Below are positions 25,587-38,366 of a stretch of DNA of 64,000 nucleotides, one piece after another. Source of the stretch: Felis catus (Eukaryota). The stretch lies in contig NC_058368.1 of the NCBI RefSeq assembly GCF_018350175.1, positions 122,886,001-122,950,000 of the forward strand. Reading direction: 5' to 3'. The notes below the pieces were generated by a model. It was not told the DNA's origin. It saw only the letters and a list, made by a program, of their open reading frames with translations, and did not search any database. Position 1 is the stretch's first letter, and every line of letters starts with the position of its first letter. The translations under genes were made by a program, and so were the position numbers.

Positions 25587-27460
25587 TTAAATGATTTTTT
25601 GAAAAAGGAATGGTCACTGTAACTACTAATGTTCCAACTTTAGTGAATTAAAGGAAAGTACAATGCTTTGAAAGAATTACTTCTTAAAGCATCTTACAGA
25701 AGAATTCTATAGAAGACAATTTGCATTTGTGTTGTCTTTACAGGAGAAATCATTTGTCAGTAAAGGTCAATAAAAAACAATAGGGAGGCTCTTGCCCTCA
25801 CCTCTTACCCTGGTACGTGCAGAGATTAGAACATTCTAACCACTTAGCTTTAAGAATTACTACATACTTTACCTTCTCAGCTATTCAGAATGGCTTTGTT
25901 CATGAAAAGTTCTCATGGTTATAAAACATTAAACAAAAAAACCTGTCCAGCGTGATATGTTGTATTTATATTTCTTTTTGTTTGAGGAACTGAAAAAGCT
26001 TTACAAACGAGACCTAATAAATCTCTGTAAGGCAGTTGCCCGTGGGAACTCTTCGCCACTGAATGGAGACTGGGGACAGGTAAAGGGAGAACAAAGACTG
26101 AGAGGAGAAAAGGAGAGTGGACACACACCCACTGTCATCTAAAGTCAACAAAGAAGCACAGGGCTGCACACATTTGTCCTCCGATAGGACTTGTCAATAT
26201 AAACAACCAGTGCTCGATGCTTCCCATGTGACAGCTGCTACTTCTAGATTTTGCCATCTGTTAACACAGGTGAGCAACAGGGAACAGAACACCAAAAGTG
26301 TGGAGGGTAGGGGAGCAGAACAAGGAAGACAAGAAAAAGGGACAAATACAGAGTGCTTCCTGTGCTCAGCAAACTGTGCTGGATGCTGCCACATTTATAA
26401 TAGGCACTCAGTAAATACTTATTCTCATCCCTAAATTATGCTGTGTTCAATGAACATGAGGTAGAGACTGGCAGACTTTGACATAAATGCTATAGTTTAT
26501 TCTATTTGATTAAGGAAACTGGTTTTGTAGAGAAAAAGTGAATTAGAACTGCTGATCATGAAAGAAAGTAATTTATTTCAGTACTTGGAGACATGAAAGA
26601 AAGAGGGGGCACAGTGCTGGGTCAAGGTCGGTTAACATACTGCATATGCATATAGTGATTACACCCAGGTAAGACCCATTCCATTTACAGAAAATATTAC
26701 GACCAAGAATGAAGAACCCAAAGGACAAGTGAAGTAGCCACTGAAGTGGCCACAGAAGTAGCCACTGGAACAAAGAATAAAAACGATCCACAAATCTTTT
26801 CCTTAGTGGAGTGGACTATTGAGGGTAAGGAAGAACTTTTCATAAATGAAGTCATTGTCCTAATTCCTGATTTTGATAGCAGAGCAGAGACTGTGATGTG
26901 GCATTAGGGAGACATCTTATGCTTTCTATGCACAAAATTAAACTTGTTCTTAGATCTTTAGAAAAGTCTAAAGAAGTCCTTTAAAAAATTATAGCTTTTA
27001 TAAGACGGAAGAATTACTCAAATCAACCAAGTCAGGTATAGTATCCCAATGGCCCTGTTGTCACACAGGCCTTGGTGTGAATCCAGCCCTTATCACTTAA
27101 CCTGGACCTAGGTATGTAATCTCTGACTGTAATCCAGTACTCTCTAGACCCAGGTTTCCTTTTTTATGAAATGAGTAATAATAATTAATAATAATAATAA
27201 TATGTATAATATATACCTCTCAGGACAACTATCATAATGAAGTGAGACAAGGCATGTGGACATTCAGCACAGCATCTGGCAAGTGGTAAGAATTCAATAT
27301 ATATTAGTTTATGCTGGTAGCAATTTTTTAAATCCTGGGATGATAATTTATTAACTGTGATAATTTACCACCTATACCATTTTGAAAAGCATTCTGATGA
27401 TTTTTAATATAGATAGGATTTTGATATATATATTTAGTTTTTATATCAATCAATATAAAA

Positions 27461-27524
<64 letters not shown>
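27461..27524. repeat. (TG)n(TA)n microsatellite
   Basis: Direct reading. Confidence 0.95.
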
Positions 27525-27528
<4 letters not shown>

Positions 27529-27611
27529 ACATATATATTTATATCAACCCATAATCCACAGGATCTGCTGCTTCTTTTTCTTTTCTGGAATGTATCAAAT
27601 ACTAATACCAA

Positions 27612-27828
27612 TTTTTAAAAAACATTTTTTTAATGTTTAGCTATTTCTGAGACACAGACCACGAGCGGGGGAGGGGACGAGAGCGAGGGAGACACAGAAT
27701 CCGAAGCAGGCTTCAGGCTCTGAACTGTCAGCGCACAGAGCCCAATGCGAGGCTCGAACCTATGAACCATGAGATCATGACTTAAGCTGAAGTCCAACGC
27801 TTAACCAACTGAGTCACCCAGGTGCCTC
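27612..27828 (-). mobile_element. CanSINE
   Basis: TSD-like tcaaatactaatac / tcaaatactgatac. Confidence 0.92.
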
Positions 27829-28911
27829 TCAAATACTGATACTGATTAACTTGTTTTTTCATTTCAAAATGTAAGTCATGATTTTTTTTTAACTCATGCA
27901 TAAGCTATATTATGTGTTACTCAACTTTTAAGGACAAATTTATATAGTAAAATGTTATTCATCATAGACTTTATTTTAGGTAAAATAGATGCAGTAATGC
28001 ACGGTTTATTAAAGATTCAGAATATGAGTCCCTAAACTTTGATTCCTCCAATTAAAATGCTACTAGACCAATTATGAGAATACAGAAGTACTGGGGTAAT
28101 CAAAATAGTGCCCACTATTTCTCAAATCTGCAACCATATTGAAACAGTTATAGAAAAGTACATGGCAATGTAACAATTAAATAATTTAAATAATTGCTGT
28201 TGGTCATGGAAAGACTTAGTAATTGCTAAAATGCACATGATAGCTAATTTTAGGAAAGGTAAAAAGCAACTTCTTTGAAAAAAAGATGCAATGTGAAACA
28301 GCAAAAAAAAACTATTTTGAAAAAACTTAGATATCCTATCGTTTATACCATATATCAAAATAAGCATCAGGTTGTTTAATGAGCTACCTAGGACTTTCAA
28401 ATCACAGAAAAACTAGCTAAAATGGACTATCAGATGTTCAAAGGTGCAAGCACTTTCTAAAGTTTGAAAACATATAGACTGTAAATTACAAAGGAAAAGT
28501 CCATGAAGAAAAGGTCCAATGGAATCTATCATAAAAGCTTTAGAGTTTTATACAATGGAAATCCCAGTAGAACAGATAGATACCATATATGCATGCAAAA
28601 ACTAAACAAACAAAAAAAAGAAACCAAATGCCCTAAGAGTGCAGTTTGTGAGCCTGTGTGTAGTCCAGATGCATCAGCAAGATATTCCACACTCTGGCTA
28701 ATGCTACTTATTGGAAAGTGTTCATCATCCACTCTGTTACTCTTGGAAACCTAACTATCTAATCATACATTGTGCCTTCTCTCGTTTTTGGTGATAAAGG
28801 ACTCAAGGGATGAAGAGAAAGGCAACAACTTTGGCCTCACTTTCATTACCAGGTAAATTATTCCCAGAAAATAGTCAAGAAAAAGAGTAAAAGGGTATGT
28901 CTAGAGATTTT

Positions 28912-29129
28912 TTTTTTTAATTTTTTTTTTCAACGTTTATTTATTTTTGGGACAGAGAGAGAGCATGAACGGGGGAGGGGCAGAGAGAGAGGGAGACACA
29001 GAATCGGAAACAGGCTCCAGGCTCTGAGCCATCAGCCCAGAGCCCGACACGGGGCTCGAACTCACGGACCGTGAGATCGTGACCTGGCTGAAGTCGGACG
29101 CTTAACCGACTGCGCCACCCAGGCGCCCC
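28912..29129 (-). mobile_element. Young felid CanSINE (SINEC_Fc-like)
   Basis: CpG-intact gtcggacgcttaaccgactgcgccacccaggcgcccc; TSD TAGAGATTTT at 28902-28911 and 29130-29139. Confidence 0.96.
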
Positions 29130-29176
29130 TAGAGATTTTCATATCACATTTCATATCACATTATTTTCAAAACACA

Positions 29177-30110
29177 TGTTGACAAAGATGTGGAGAAAAA
29201 GGAATCCTTGTGCACTGTTGGTGGGAATGCACACTGGTGCAGTCACTGTGGAAAACAGTATGGAGGTTCCTCAAAAAATTAAAAATAGAATTGCCATATG
29301 ATCCAGTAATTCCACTACTGGGTATTTACCCAGAGAGTACAGAAACACTAATTCAAAAAGATATATGCCCCCCTCTGTTTACTGCAGCATTATTTGCAAT
29401 AGCCAAGATATGGAAGCAACCCAGGGTCCATCCACAGATAAATGGATAAAGAAGATGTAGTATTTATACACAATGGAATATTACTCAGCAATAAAAATGA
29501 ATGAAGTCTTGCCATTTGCAACAACATGGATGGATCCAGGGGGTATAACTGCAAGAGAAATAAGTTGCTCCAAGAAAGATAAATACCATATGATTTCACT
29601 TATATGTGGAATGTAAGAAACAAAACAAATGAACAAAGAAAAAAAGAGACCAAAAAAGACTCTCAACTGTTGAGAATAAACTGATGGCTACCAGAATGGA
29701 GGTGGGTGGGGGATGGGTGAAATAAAAGATGGGGATTAAGGAGTGCACTTGTCTTGGGGCACTTAGATGCCTCAGTTGGTTGAGCATCTGACTCTTGATT
29801 TTAGCTAACGTCATAATCCCAGAGTCGTGGGATTGAGCTTCACATTGGGATCTGCATTGAGTGTGGAGTCTGTTTACAATTCTCTCTTCCTCTACCCATA
29901 TTCCTCCCTTGTGTGCTCTCTCTCTCTCGCTCTCTCTCTCTCTCAGATTTAAAAAAGGAATGCACTTGCCTTGATGAGCACTGAGTAATGCACAAAACTG
30001 ATGAATCAATATATTGTACACCTGAAACTAACACTGTATGTTAACTATATTGGGATTTAAAATAAAATAAAATAAAATAAAATAAAATAAAATAAAATAA
30101 AATAATAAAA
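29177..30110 (+). mobile_element. L1 3' fragment with internal CanSINE and (TAAAA)n tail
   Basis: [34 protein letters not shown]2 C-terminus; (TAAAA)n at ~30057-30110. Confidence 0.93.
29756..29956 (+). mobile_element. CanSINE inside L1 3' UTR
   Basis: TSD aaggagtgcacttgtctt / aaggaatgcacttgcctt. Confidence 0.9.
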
Positions 30111-30518
30111 TGTTCATATCAATGTTATCTAATAATGAAAAACAAAAGAAAATAAAGGAAGGAAGGTACAAGGGAATAAAAAAAGGAAAGAAAGAAGGAA
30201 GTGAGAGAGGGAAGAGATCAAGGGAGGAGGAAGAAAAAAAAAAAAAAAAGGAAATGACCTGAATGTCCAAGAAACAAATGGTACATCAATGAAATTAATG
30301 GTTAGTTTTACAGGTAGTTTTGCGGACCACATAGGTAGTTACAGGGGGAAAGGTTTCTGCAAACCCTAGTGTAGGGGTGTTCACCCAGCACATATGTGAG
30401 TGCCTCCTCAAAGTAAGAGAAAAGAACATTCCAAGAAGAGCACATCTGAGAAACAGAGAGGGGAGCACATGAGGAAGAGACTAGTAGAATTTGACATTAG
30501 AAAGGTGTGTGAGGTCAT

Positions 30519-30741
30519 GGGGCGCCTGAGCGGCTCAGTCAGTTGAGCATCCGACTTCGGCTCAGGTCAGGATCTTGTGGTTTGTGAGTTCGGCCCTGCA
30601 TCGGGCTCTGTGCTGACAGATCAGACCCTGCAACCTGCTTCAAATTCTTTGTCTCCCTCTCTCTCTGCCCCTCCCTTGCTCATACTTTGCCTCTGTCTCT
30701 CATAAATAAATAAATGTTAAAAAAAACCATTTTTTTTAAAC
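30519..30741 (+). mobile_element. CanSINE
   Basis: 18-bp TSD gaaaggtgtg(t/c)gaggtca at 30500-30517 and 30742-30759. Confidence 0.94.
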
Positions 30742-31086
30742 GAAAGGTGTGCGAGGTCAATTTGTAGCACTATATAACTTTGACAAGAAGTTTGTCTTTT
30801 TCCATAGTTCTAAAATGAAAGTTGTGGTCTGGTTTATGTTTCAAAGGACTACTCTGTTTTCTGTGAGGAGGGGAGAGAAGCAGGCTATCCCACTAGTGGG
30901 TTCTTGAGATTGTTCCAGCAGGAAAATGGTGGCTTCAACTAAGAAGAAATACAGATGGAAAAGTAGGCCAATTTAGGGAATGTTTTGAGGTGAAATAATA
31001 GAATTGTTAATAGATCAGATGTGCAGTGTCAGGCAAAGGAATCAAAACCAACTCCATAAATTGGCTTTAAAAATTTAGAAGATATT

Positions 31087-31487
31087 GGGGCACCTGGGTG
31101 GTTCAGTTGCTTAAATGTCCAACTCTTTTTGGTTTTTTTAATGTTTATTTACTTTTGAGAGAGAAAGACAGAGACAGAATGTGAGCAGGTAAGGGGCAGA
31201 GAGAAGGAGACACAGAATCCGAAGCAGGCTCCAGGCTCTGACCTGTCAGCACAGAGTCCGATGTGGGGCTCGAACCCATGAACCAAGAGATCATGACCTG
31301 AGCTGAAGTCAGACACTTAACCGACTGAGCCACTCGGGGGCCCCAAGTGTCCAACTCTTGATTTCAGCTCAGGTCATGATCTCACGGTTTGTGAGTTCGG
31401 GCCCAGCATTGGGCTTGCTGCTGTCAGCGCAGAGCCTGCTTCAGATCCTCTGTCCCCCTCAAAAATAAATAAACATTTAAAAAAAAT
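31087..31487 (+). mobile_element. CanSINE split by an antisense CanSINE
   Basis: Head 31087-31127 resumes at 31345; outer TSD aaatttagaagatatt / aaaattagaggatatt. Confidence 0.9.
31128..31344 (-). mobile_element. CanSINE nested in CanSINE
   Basis: TSD aa(a/g)tgtccaactctt at 31113-31127 and 31345-31359. Confidence 0.93.
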
Positions 31488-32077
31488 TAGAGGATATTAA
31501 TGCCATTTACTACAATGGAGACTGGGGAAGGATGAGTCTGTGCTCAGTGTGACATGCATGTAAGTCAAGAGTTCTACTTTGTCCCTGTTAAGTTTGAAAA
31601 ACATATAAACACATCAGTGGAGAAGTTAAATAGGTGACTGAATCTGTACTTCGGGGAAGTAGGACTGGAAATGGTGCTGTCATTCTCCAGATGAGAATTT
31701 GTAAAATGACCTGGGGGAATGAAGCTAGACAGCTTGAGGAGATCTGGGATGGAGCCTGAACTCAAATACTTAGCAGTAGAAAGTAGAAAAACGAACCTGC
31801 CACAAGAATAGAGAAGTGAGAGCCTGGGAAACAGAACTAATCAGTGGGTGTAGAGTAATAAAAACCATGAAGGGAAGAGAGGTCAATAGCCTTATCTGAG
31901 ACATCAAGACACAAAAAGGTCAAGAAAAGTACTAAGTGACCAGAATTTGGCATCTCAGAGGTCATTGGGATTTGACAAATGCAGTCCCAGAAGAGTGATG
32001 GGATTCGAAGCCAGTATAGAGCCAACTAAGGAGAATGTGTGGAGTAGATGTAGGTAGCATTGAGAAACATGTTTCTC

Positions 32078-32202
32078 GGTGCACCTGGGTGGCTCAGTCA
32101 GTTGAATGTTGGATTTCGGCTTAGATCATGATCCCCAGGTTGTGGGATCGAGCCCCAAGTCGGGCTCTGCGCTGAGTATGGCGCCTACTTGGGATTCTCT
32201 CC

Positions 32203-32263
<61 letters not shown>

Positions 32264-32360
32264 TGCCCCTCTCCCCCACTTTCATGTGCACTCTCTCTCT
32301 CTCTAAAAAACAAAAACAAACAAAAAACAGCTCTCCAAAAAAAAAAAAAAAAGAAAAGAA
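32078..32360 (+). mobile_element. CanSINE with expanded (CT)n
   Basis: cacctgggtggctcagtc head, long CT run, A tail. Confidence 0.92.
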
Positions 32361-32632
32361 AATGCTTTCTCAACAGGTATTGCTGAGGAAGGCAGGATAT
32401 AATTGGGGCAGTGATTAAAGGGGAAGTTCAGGTGGAAAGAGGAAAGGCAAGAGCATACTAAATGCTGATGTGAGCAATAGAGTTGAGAGGAAGAAATGGA
32501 TGATTCAGGAGAAAGAGAACACAATTGCAGGAGCAAAGACCTTGAGAAGGGGAGAGGAGCTCTGCTCTGGCCTCAACAGGTTACAGGGACATTCTTCAAC
32601 TGTGAAAGGTAGGAGACCCACACACATGATAG

Positions 32633-32955
32633 TGCTGGGAAAATGAATAAAGTTTTACACCATAAGATGGCTGAAGGGACTAAAACAGGCTCTGGTCGCT
32701 AGCTTGGAGACCCCTCTTCCAGGTTCTTCTTGCCCTGTTTGCCGCGCACGCCAAAACCCGCCACACATATGGAAGCTGACAACTATAAATTACCCTTCCC
32801 CCCTTCATTGGGGGCTCAGATCTTTGGAGAAATGGTCTCCTCTAAGCCTGCCGGTGTTAAATAAATTTCAGACCCACCAAGATCTCTGAGTGCCACTTGG
32901 TTTTTTTCTGCCAGCTGGTTTTTTTTTGCCAGCGTCCCAGCTTGGTTCCCTAACA
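32633..32955 (+). mobile_element. Solo ERV1-type LTR (323 bp)
   Basis: TGCTGGGA...TCCCTAACA termini, 4-bp TSD ATAG at 32629-32632 and 32956-32959, TATAAA ~32784, AATAAA ~32861. Confidence 0.88.
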
Positions 32956-33268
32956 ATAGAACAATGACCTTGCATATGTATTAGGCAGGCCAGAAGCAAA
33001 TAGAGGTAACTTAAGAGTTAAATAAGGGCAATGGGGGGTAATCTTCTAGTGTCCCTTAGTATCTGTCTTTATAATAAATAGAATTTTCAAAAGAGGTTCT
33101 CAAACAAGCTCTTAAATCAAGGTGTTCTTAGCAGTTATACAGCAAGAAAAGAGCTGACAAATATACAGATGTTTCCAATATATGCAAAAACATCTTGCTA
33201 CTATAATTGACAGTGTGATGCTCTTGATGATAAACATTGTACACTGTATTAATTCTTCATAGACTTAA

Positions 33269-33300
33269 AAAAAATTTTTTTTAATGTTTTTGACAGAGAA

Positions 33301-33346
<46 letters not shown>

Positions 33347-33515
33347 GGCATGAGTGGGGGAGGGGCAGAGAGAGAGGGAGACACAGAATCTGAAACAGGC
33401 TCCAGGCTCTGAGCTTGAGCTGTCAGCACAGAGCCCAATGTGGGGCTCGAAGACCCTGAGATCGTGACCTGAGCCGAAGTCGGACGCTCAACCGACTGAG
33501 TTACCGAGGCGCCCC
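33269..33515 (-). mobile_element. CanSINE
   Basis: Perfect TSD aattcttcatagacttaa at 33251-33268 and 33516-33533. Confidence 0.95.
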
Positions 33516-33534
33516 AATTCTTCATAGACTTAAT

Positions 33535-33920
33535 AAGTGCCTACATAGTCTTACTATGTGCCAGTACTATTTTAAGAATTTTATAAATATTACATTTAAT
33601 TCCCAAAATAATACCCTTTTAGTATGTAGCATCATGATTCCCATTTCACAGATGAGGCCTCTGAGGCACAAAAAGGTTAAGCAACTTATTTAGAGACACA
33701 CAGCTAAGCCAGGGAGCTAAGATTCGGACCCAGGCACTCTGACGCCAGAATCCTTGCCCTGAATCTCTCTGCTGCACCTTAGGTATATTATCTCATTTCA
33801 TCTTAACATCAAACTTGTAAGAAAACTATATTATCATATATTTAACAGCTAAGAAAAGTGAGACTTTCTATGTTTAGGTAACTTTCTTAAAGTCATACTA
33901 TTTAAGGGGCTGGGCCAGCA
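33535..33920 (-). mobile_element. MIR fragments
   Basis: cccatttcacagatgagg...tgaggcacaaaaaggttaagcaactt. Confidence 0.75.
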
Positions 33921-33994
33921 TTCTATCTGGATTTTGCCCCCTACAAGTGTGCATTCCTGGTGCTTAACACTAAATTTTAGAAACAGACAAGGTA

Positions 33995-34212
33995 GGGGCA
34001 CCTGGGTGGCTCAGTTGGTTAAGTGTCCAAATTCGGCTCAAGTCATGATCTCACAGTTAGTGAGTTTGAGCCCTGTGTCGGGCTCTGTGCTGACAGCTCA
34101 GACCCTGGAGCCTGCTTCAGATTCTGTGTCTCCCCTCTCTCTCTGTTGCTCCACCTCTCATGCTCTGTCTCTCTCTCTTAAAAATAAATATTCAAAAAAA
34201 TTTTTAAAAAAA
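33995..34212 (+). mobile_element. CanSINE
   Basis: TSD acagacaaggta on both sides. Confidence 0.93.
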
Positions 34213-34528
34213 GACACAGACAAGGTAAAAAATTTACATTTTCCATCACTCAGAAGTGTTGAATAAATACAACAAGTGGTGTAGAAAGGGATTTTTTTTG
34301 TTCACAGGCAACAGATTAAATTATAATGATGAAGATAATTAAATACTCAATGATATTATATATGTGGGTTCATAAGATAGTAGTTTGTGAGCCAAGTAAT
34401 TTACAATCTGTACACATTTTATTCGATATAAAAGCCACTTTTAAAACATGGGATTAAAATATACATGTTTATATGAATATTTCAGAAATAATTCATGTTC
34501 ATCAGGAAAAACAGACAAGCAAAGAAAA

Positions 34529-34590
34529 AAGGAAGGAAGGAAGGAAGGAAGGAAGGAAGGAAGGAAGGAAGGAAGGAAGGAAGGAAAGGA
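34529..34590. repeat. (GGAA)n microsatellite
   Basis: Direct reading. Confidence 0.95.
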
Positions 34591-34890
34591 GGCTGAGAGG
34601 AAAGAAGAAAGAAAACTGTATTTAGAAAGGATATGAAGGTTTGTTATATATATTTCTAGACATTGTACACATATACACATGCACATGCACAGAGATAAAT
34701 TCACTTTATACAAATAGGATCACACTATATGTGTTTTTCAGTAACTTACTTTTCTAACTAAAATCATATTGGGAGCATTGTCTTTATCAATAAACATGAT
34801 AAAAATCACTATTTTTTATGACTGCATTATATTCCATTGTTAGAGTGCATACTAATTCATATAATTTTCTTGTACTATTGGGCAAATACA

Positions 34891-35269
34891 CTGTGAACCA
34901 ATTTGCTAGGTATATAATAACAAAATATCACAGAGTGGGTGGCTTACATAACAGAAGCCTATTTTCTCACAATTCTGAAGAATGCAAGTCCAAGATCAAA
35001 GTGCCAGCAAAACTGGTTTTTGGTGAGACCTGCCTTCTTGGCTTGCAGGTAAACTCCCTTCTGATGTCCTCACATGGCCTTTCCTCTTTGTGTACACATT
35101 CCTCGTGTCCCTTCTTCTTCTTATAGGACACCACTCATTTTGGTGTCCCACGCTTATGACTTCACTGAAGCCTAATTATCTCCCAAATGGCCTTAACTCC
35201 AAATACATCCCATTAGGGATTAGGGCTTCAACATATAGATACAAGGAAAACACGATTCAGTCTGTAATA
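34891..35269 (-). mobile_element. MaLR LTR (MLT1-like) inserted in an old L1M fragment (~34690-35475)
   Basis: acaaaatatcacagagtgggtggcttac...aagtccaagatcaaagtgccagc...tagggcttcaacatat...attcagtctgtaata. Confidence 0.8.
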
Positions 35270-35485
35270 GGTTATTTCCAATTTTTTGGTAGCATAAGTC
35301 ATACTGATGACAAATGATAAAGTGAGCTTTATCCAATTATTTCCCTAGGATATAATCCTAACAGCATAATTGCTAGGTCAAAGGGTATGTCATTTAAGGC
35401 TTCTGATATTAACTGCCAACTTGTTTTCTGGAAACGTTTCCCCCTGTGAACTCTTGCCAGTAGTATATCAGGATGAAAACACAAC

Positions 35486-35747
35486 TATTTTATTTTATTT
35501 TATTTTATTTTATTTTATTTTATTTTATTTTATTTTATTTTATTTTATATTTTATTTTAGAGAGTATGCGCATGTATGCAGGGTGGGTGGGAGGGGAGGG
35601 GCAGGGAGAGAGGGAGAGAGAAAATATTAACCAGGCTCCACGCCGAGTGCGAGCCCAATGTGGTACTCGATCTCATAACACTGAGATCGTGACCTGGGTC
35701 AAAATCAAGAGTCGGCTGCTTAACCGAATGAGCCACCCCAGGCACTC
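35486..35747 (-). mobile_element. CanSINE with (TAAAA)n tail
   Basis: TSD aaaacacaac on both sides; (TTTTA)n 35487-35558. Confidence 0.92.
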
Positions 35748-37588
35748 CAAAACACAACCATTTTGAAGAATAATATATGTGTGTAAAAATCTCTAGCCCC
35801 GAACTAAATCTTAGCTCTGTCCATCATCTCTTGACTCTCTATGACAAGTGAACCCAGACTACCACTGGCAGCCATTGGTTTGTTCCTGCAGTCCCATCTG
35901 AATCTGGGGAGTGTAGGAGAACTTCATGAAGACAGAGAGACAGAACAGCCTGGCTTGGTGCATTCGGACAGCTTCCTTTAGTATCTTTGGTGTTTGTTTC
36001 AAATTACTCCCTTTCACTTCTTCACGTTGCATTAATGGGAAGATGAAACCCAATTGTTCTCACTGACACACAGTGAGGAACACAGTGAGGCAGAAGAGGT
36101 GTGGGAAAGTGGTGGTTAATTTGGGAGAAGCTCGGAGACTGTCTTAGTCTTTCTTCCTGCTAAGCTAACACAGTTGAAGGGGAGCCTTTCCATTTTCCGC
36201 ATTCTCTATGTGAATATTCTGTTCTGCTGTTTCCTGTTGGGCTCAGATTACAATAGGCTTCTGAATATCCTAGAGGCACCACAGGGAATGAAGTTTGGAA
36301 TCACTGCCTCCTCTTCATTGCCTTTTGTCTCTGGAGCCTGGAGCCTCCACAACTGGGAGAATATTTTAGTTTAGAGGCAGAAAACAATCTCAAAATGAAA
36401 TAGAGAGAAGTACGTTCTTGCACGCAGGGAACAGAGAGGGCTTATTCGTGTATCCGTGTCTTTAACATGGTTCCTGGGCTAGAAGAGCAGTTACTGAATT
36501 GGGCACTTTGAGGTTGAATGTAGTTTTGGTGAGTGGCAAAAATACCACAGGAGAGGGGAAGAAAAACTTGACAAGAACAGGAAAGGCCATTTAAAAGCAA
36601 GTAACCAAAAGTTGACTTCACTTAATGCTTCTACCATTACACTTTACCTCACTTATGTCAAACAAAGCAAGAGCATGGGAAAGTAGAATATTAAATACAA
36701 TTATGTGACCTACCACATAAAATGACTTGTTGTCAGTCAGACAATATGGTAGAATGGAAAACGTTTAGAGACGCAGAGGCAGACAACTCTAAGAAAGTAA
36801 ACCTCTCTCAGGTTCACTCATGCCAGGACATAGGGAGCTATTAACACCAATTGAACAGAGTACTAGATCAGGTATAAGCGATACGACGTGCAAAACACCC
36901 AGCATGGTATATGCCATACAGGATTCTCTCATAAAACAGAGGTTTTTCTCTACTTGTGAGAGAATTTCCTCCACTGTAAATTCTCCAAGAGCCTTTCAAT
37001 CTAGACGTGCAGACAGAATGAGAACATTTGAAACAAGGAGAACAATTATGTGCTGAACAGTGTGGTAGTGATCACAAGCACGATAGGAATTTAGACAAGG
37101 GGAGACGTGAGTGCAACAGAGTACACTGCCAGGGGAAGATTCGCCTAATTATTGGGTCTCACACACTGGGTGTCTGCACTAAGTCACAGAGAAACGAACT
37201 GAGGAAAGAGGACACTGAAAGTGGGGGGAGGGGGGGGGGAAGAGGGGGGATGCTGAAGCAAAGACAAATAAATGGTAGGGAATTGAATACAATTAAGCAA
37301 AAGAGACAAATGAAACTAGGGAACTGGCTTATAATTTATGAAAAGAGCAAGGCTCATACTGGACACATTTAAAAAATAACTAGAATGACAAAGAAGAATT
37401 ACAGTATGAATATGTACTGAATAGATACTAATAGATGGCAATAATGGTTTATCAGAATTCATTTTGCAAATTATAAGAAAAAGATCTGCAAATATAAACC
37501 AATTGGTTATATTTTCAAAAAAAAGAGAAATGACCTCAATATTAATTTGTATAAGTATTAGCTCATGAAATATCAAGAAAGCTCTTTA

Positions 37589-38045
37589 TTTAAAAAAAAT
37601 TTTTTTAACATGTATTTATTTTTTTTTTTTAATTTTTTTTTTCAACATTTATTTATTTTTGGGACAGAGAGAGACAGAGCATGAATGGGGGAGGGGCAGA
37701 GAGAGAGGGAGACACAGAATCGGAAAAAGGCTCCAGGCTCTGAGCCATCAGCCCAGAGCCTGACGCGGGGCTCGAACTCGCGGACCGCGAGATCGTGACC
37801 TGGCTGAAGTTGGACGCTTAACCGACTGCGCCACCCAGGCGCCCCTAACACGTATTTATTCTTGAGAGAGAAACAGAGCATGAGTGGGGGGAGGGCAGAG
37901 AAAGAGGGAGACTCAGAATCCGAAGCAGGCTCCAGGCTCCATGACGTCAGCACAGAGCCCGACTCAGGGCTCAAACTCACAAACCGCGAGATCATGAGCT
38001 AAGTTGCAGTTGGATGCTTAACCAAGTGAGCCACCCAGGCGCCCC
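37589..38045 (-). mobile_element. CanSINE with a younger CanSINE inserted in its tail
   Basis: Outer TSD aaagctcttta / aaacctcttta. Confidence 0.9.
37621..37845 (-). mobile_element. Young felid CanSINE (SINEC_Fc-like)
   Basis: TSD taaca(t/c)gtatttatt at 37606-37620 and 37846-37860; CpG-intact. Confidence 0.95.
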
Positions 38046-38366
38046 AAAACCTCTTTAAGTGACAGTAATGACATAATCACTTTACTTTGCTTGACATGAT
38101 TTTGGGACTTTTCCTTCAGTATCACTGCACTTTGATACTGGCAGGACAGTGCTACTGGTCTTCATTTGTCTTATCTAATTCCCAGGTCTTTCATTTCCTG
38201 CATTTACTTCTGGCTGATAATTATTTTAATTCACATTTTTCAAAAAGGAACATGGAAATCATTCACCTTAATAGTGAAGAATATGAGCCCTGACTTTCAC
38301 CTACTTAATAGCCATAAGGAACTTTCTAAAAATGTTCAGGTAAAAGCAACTTTAAAAGTTCTTTTT

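Noticed and set aside
26731..26768. 12-bp repeat GAAGT(A/G)GCCAC(T/A) x3, and similar micro-duplications at ~29140, ~36067 and ~48016
   Set aside because: Ordinary slippage duplications with no further structure.
35820..37060. Short ORFs 35859-36053 and 36789-36974 as exons
   Set aside because: No clear splice boundaries or protein family resemblance.
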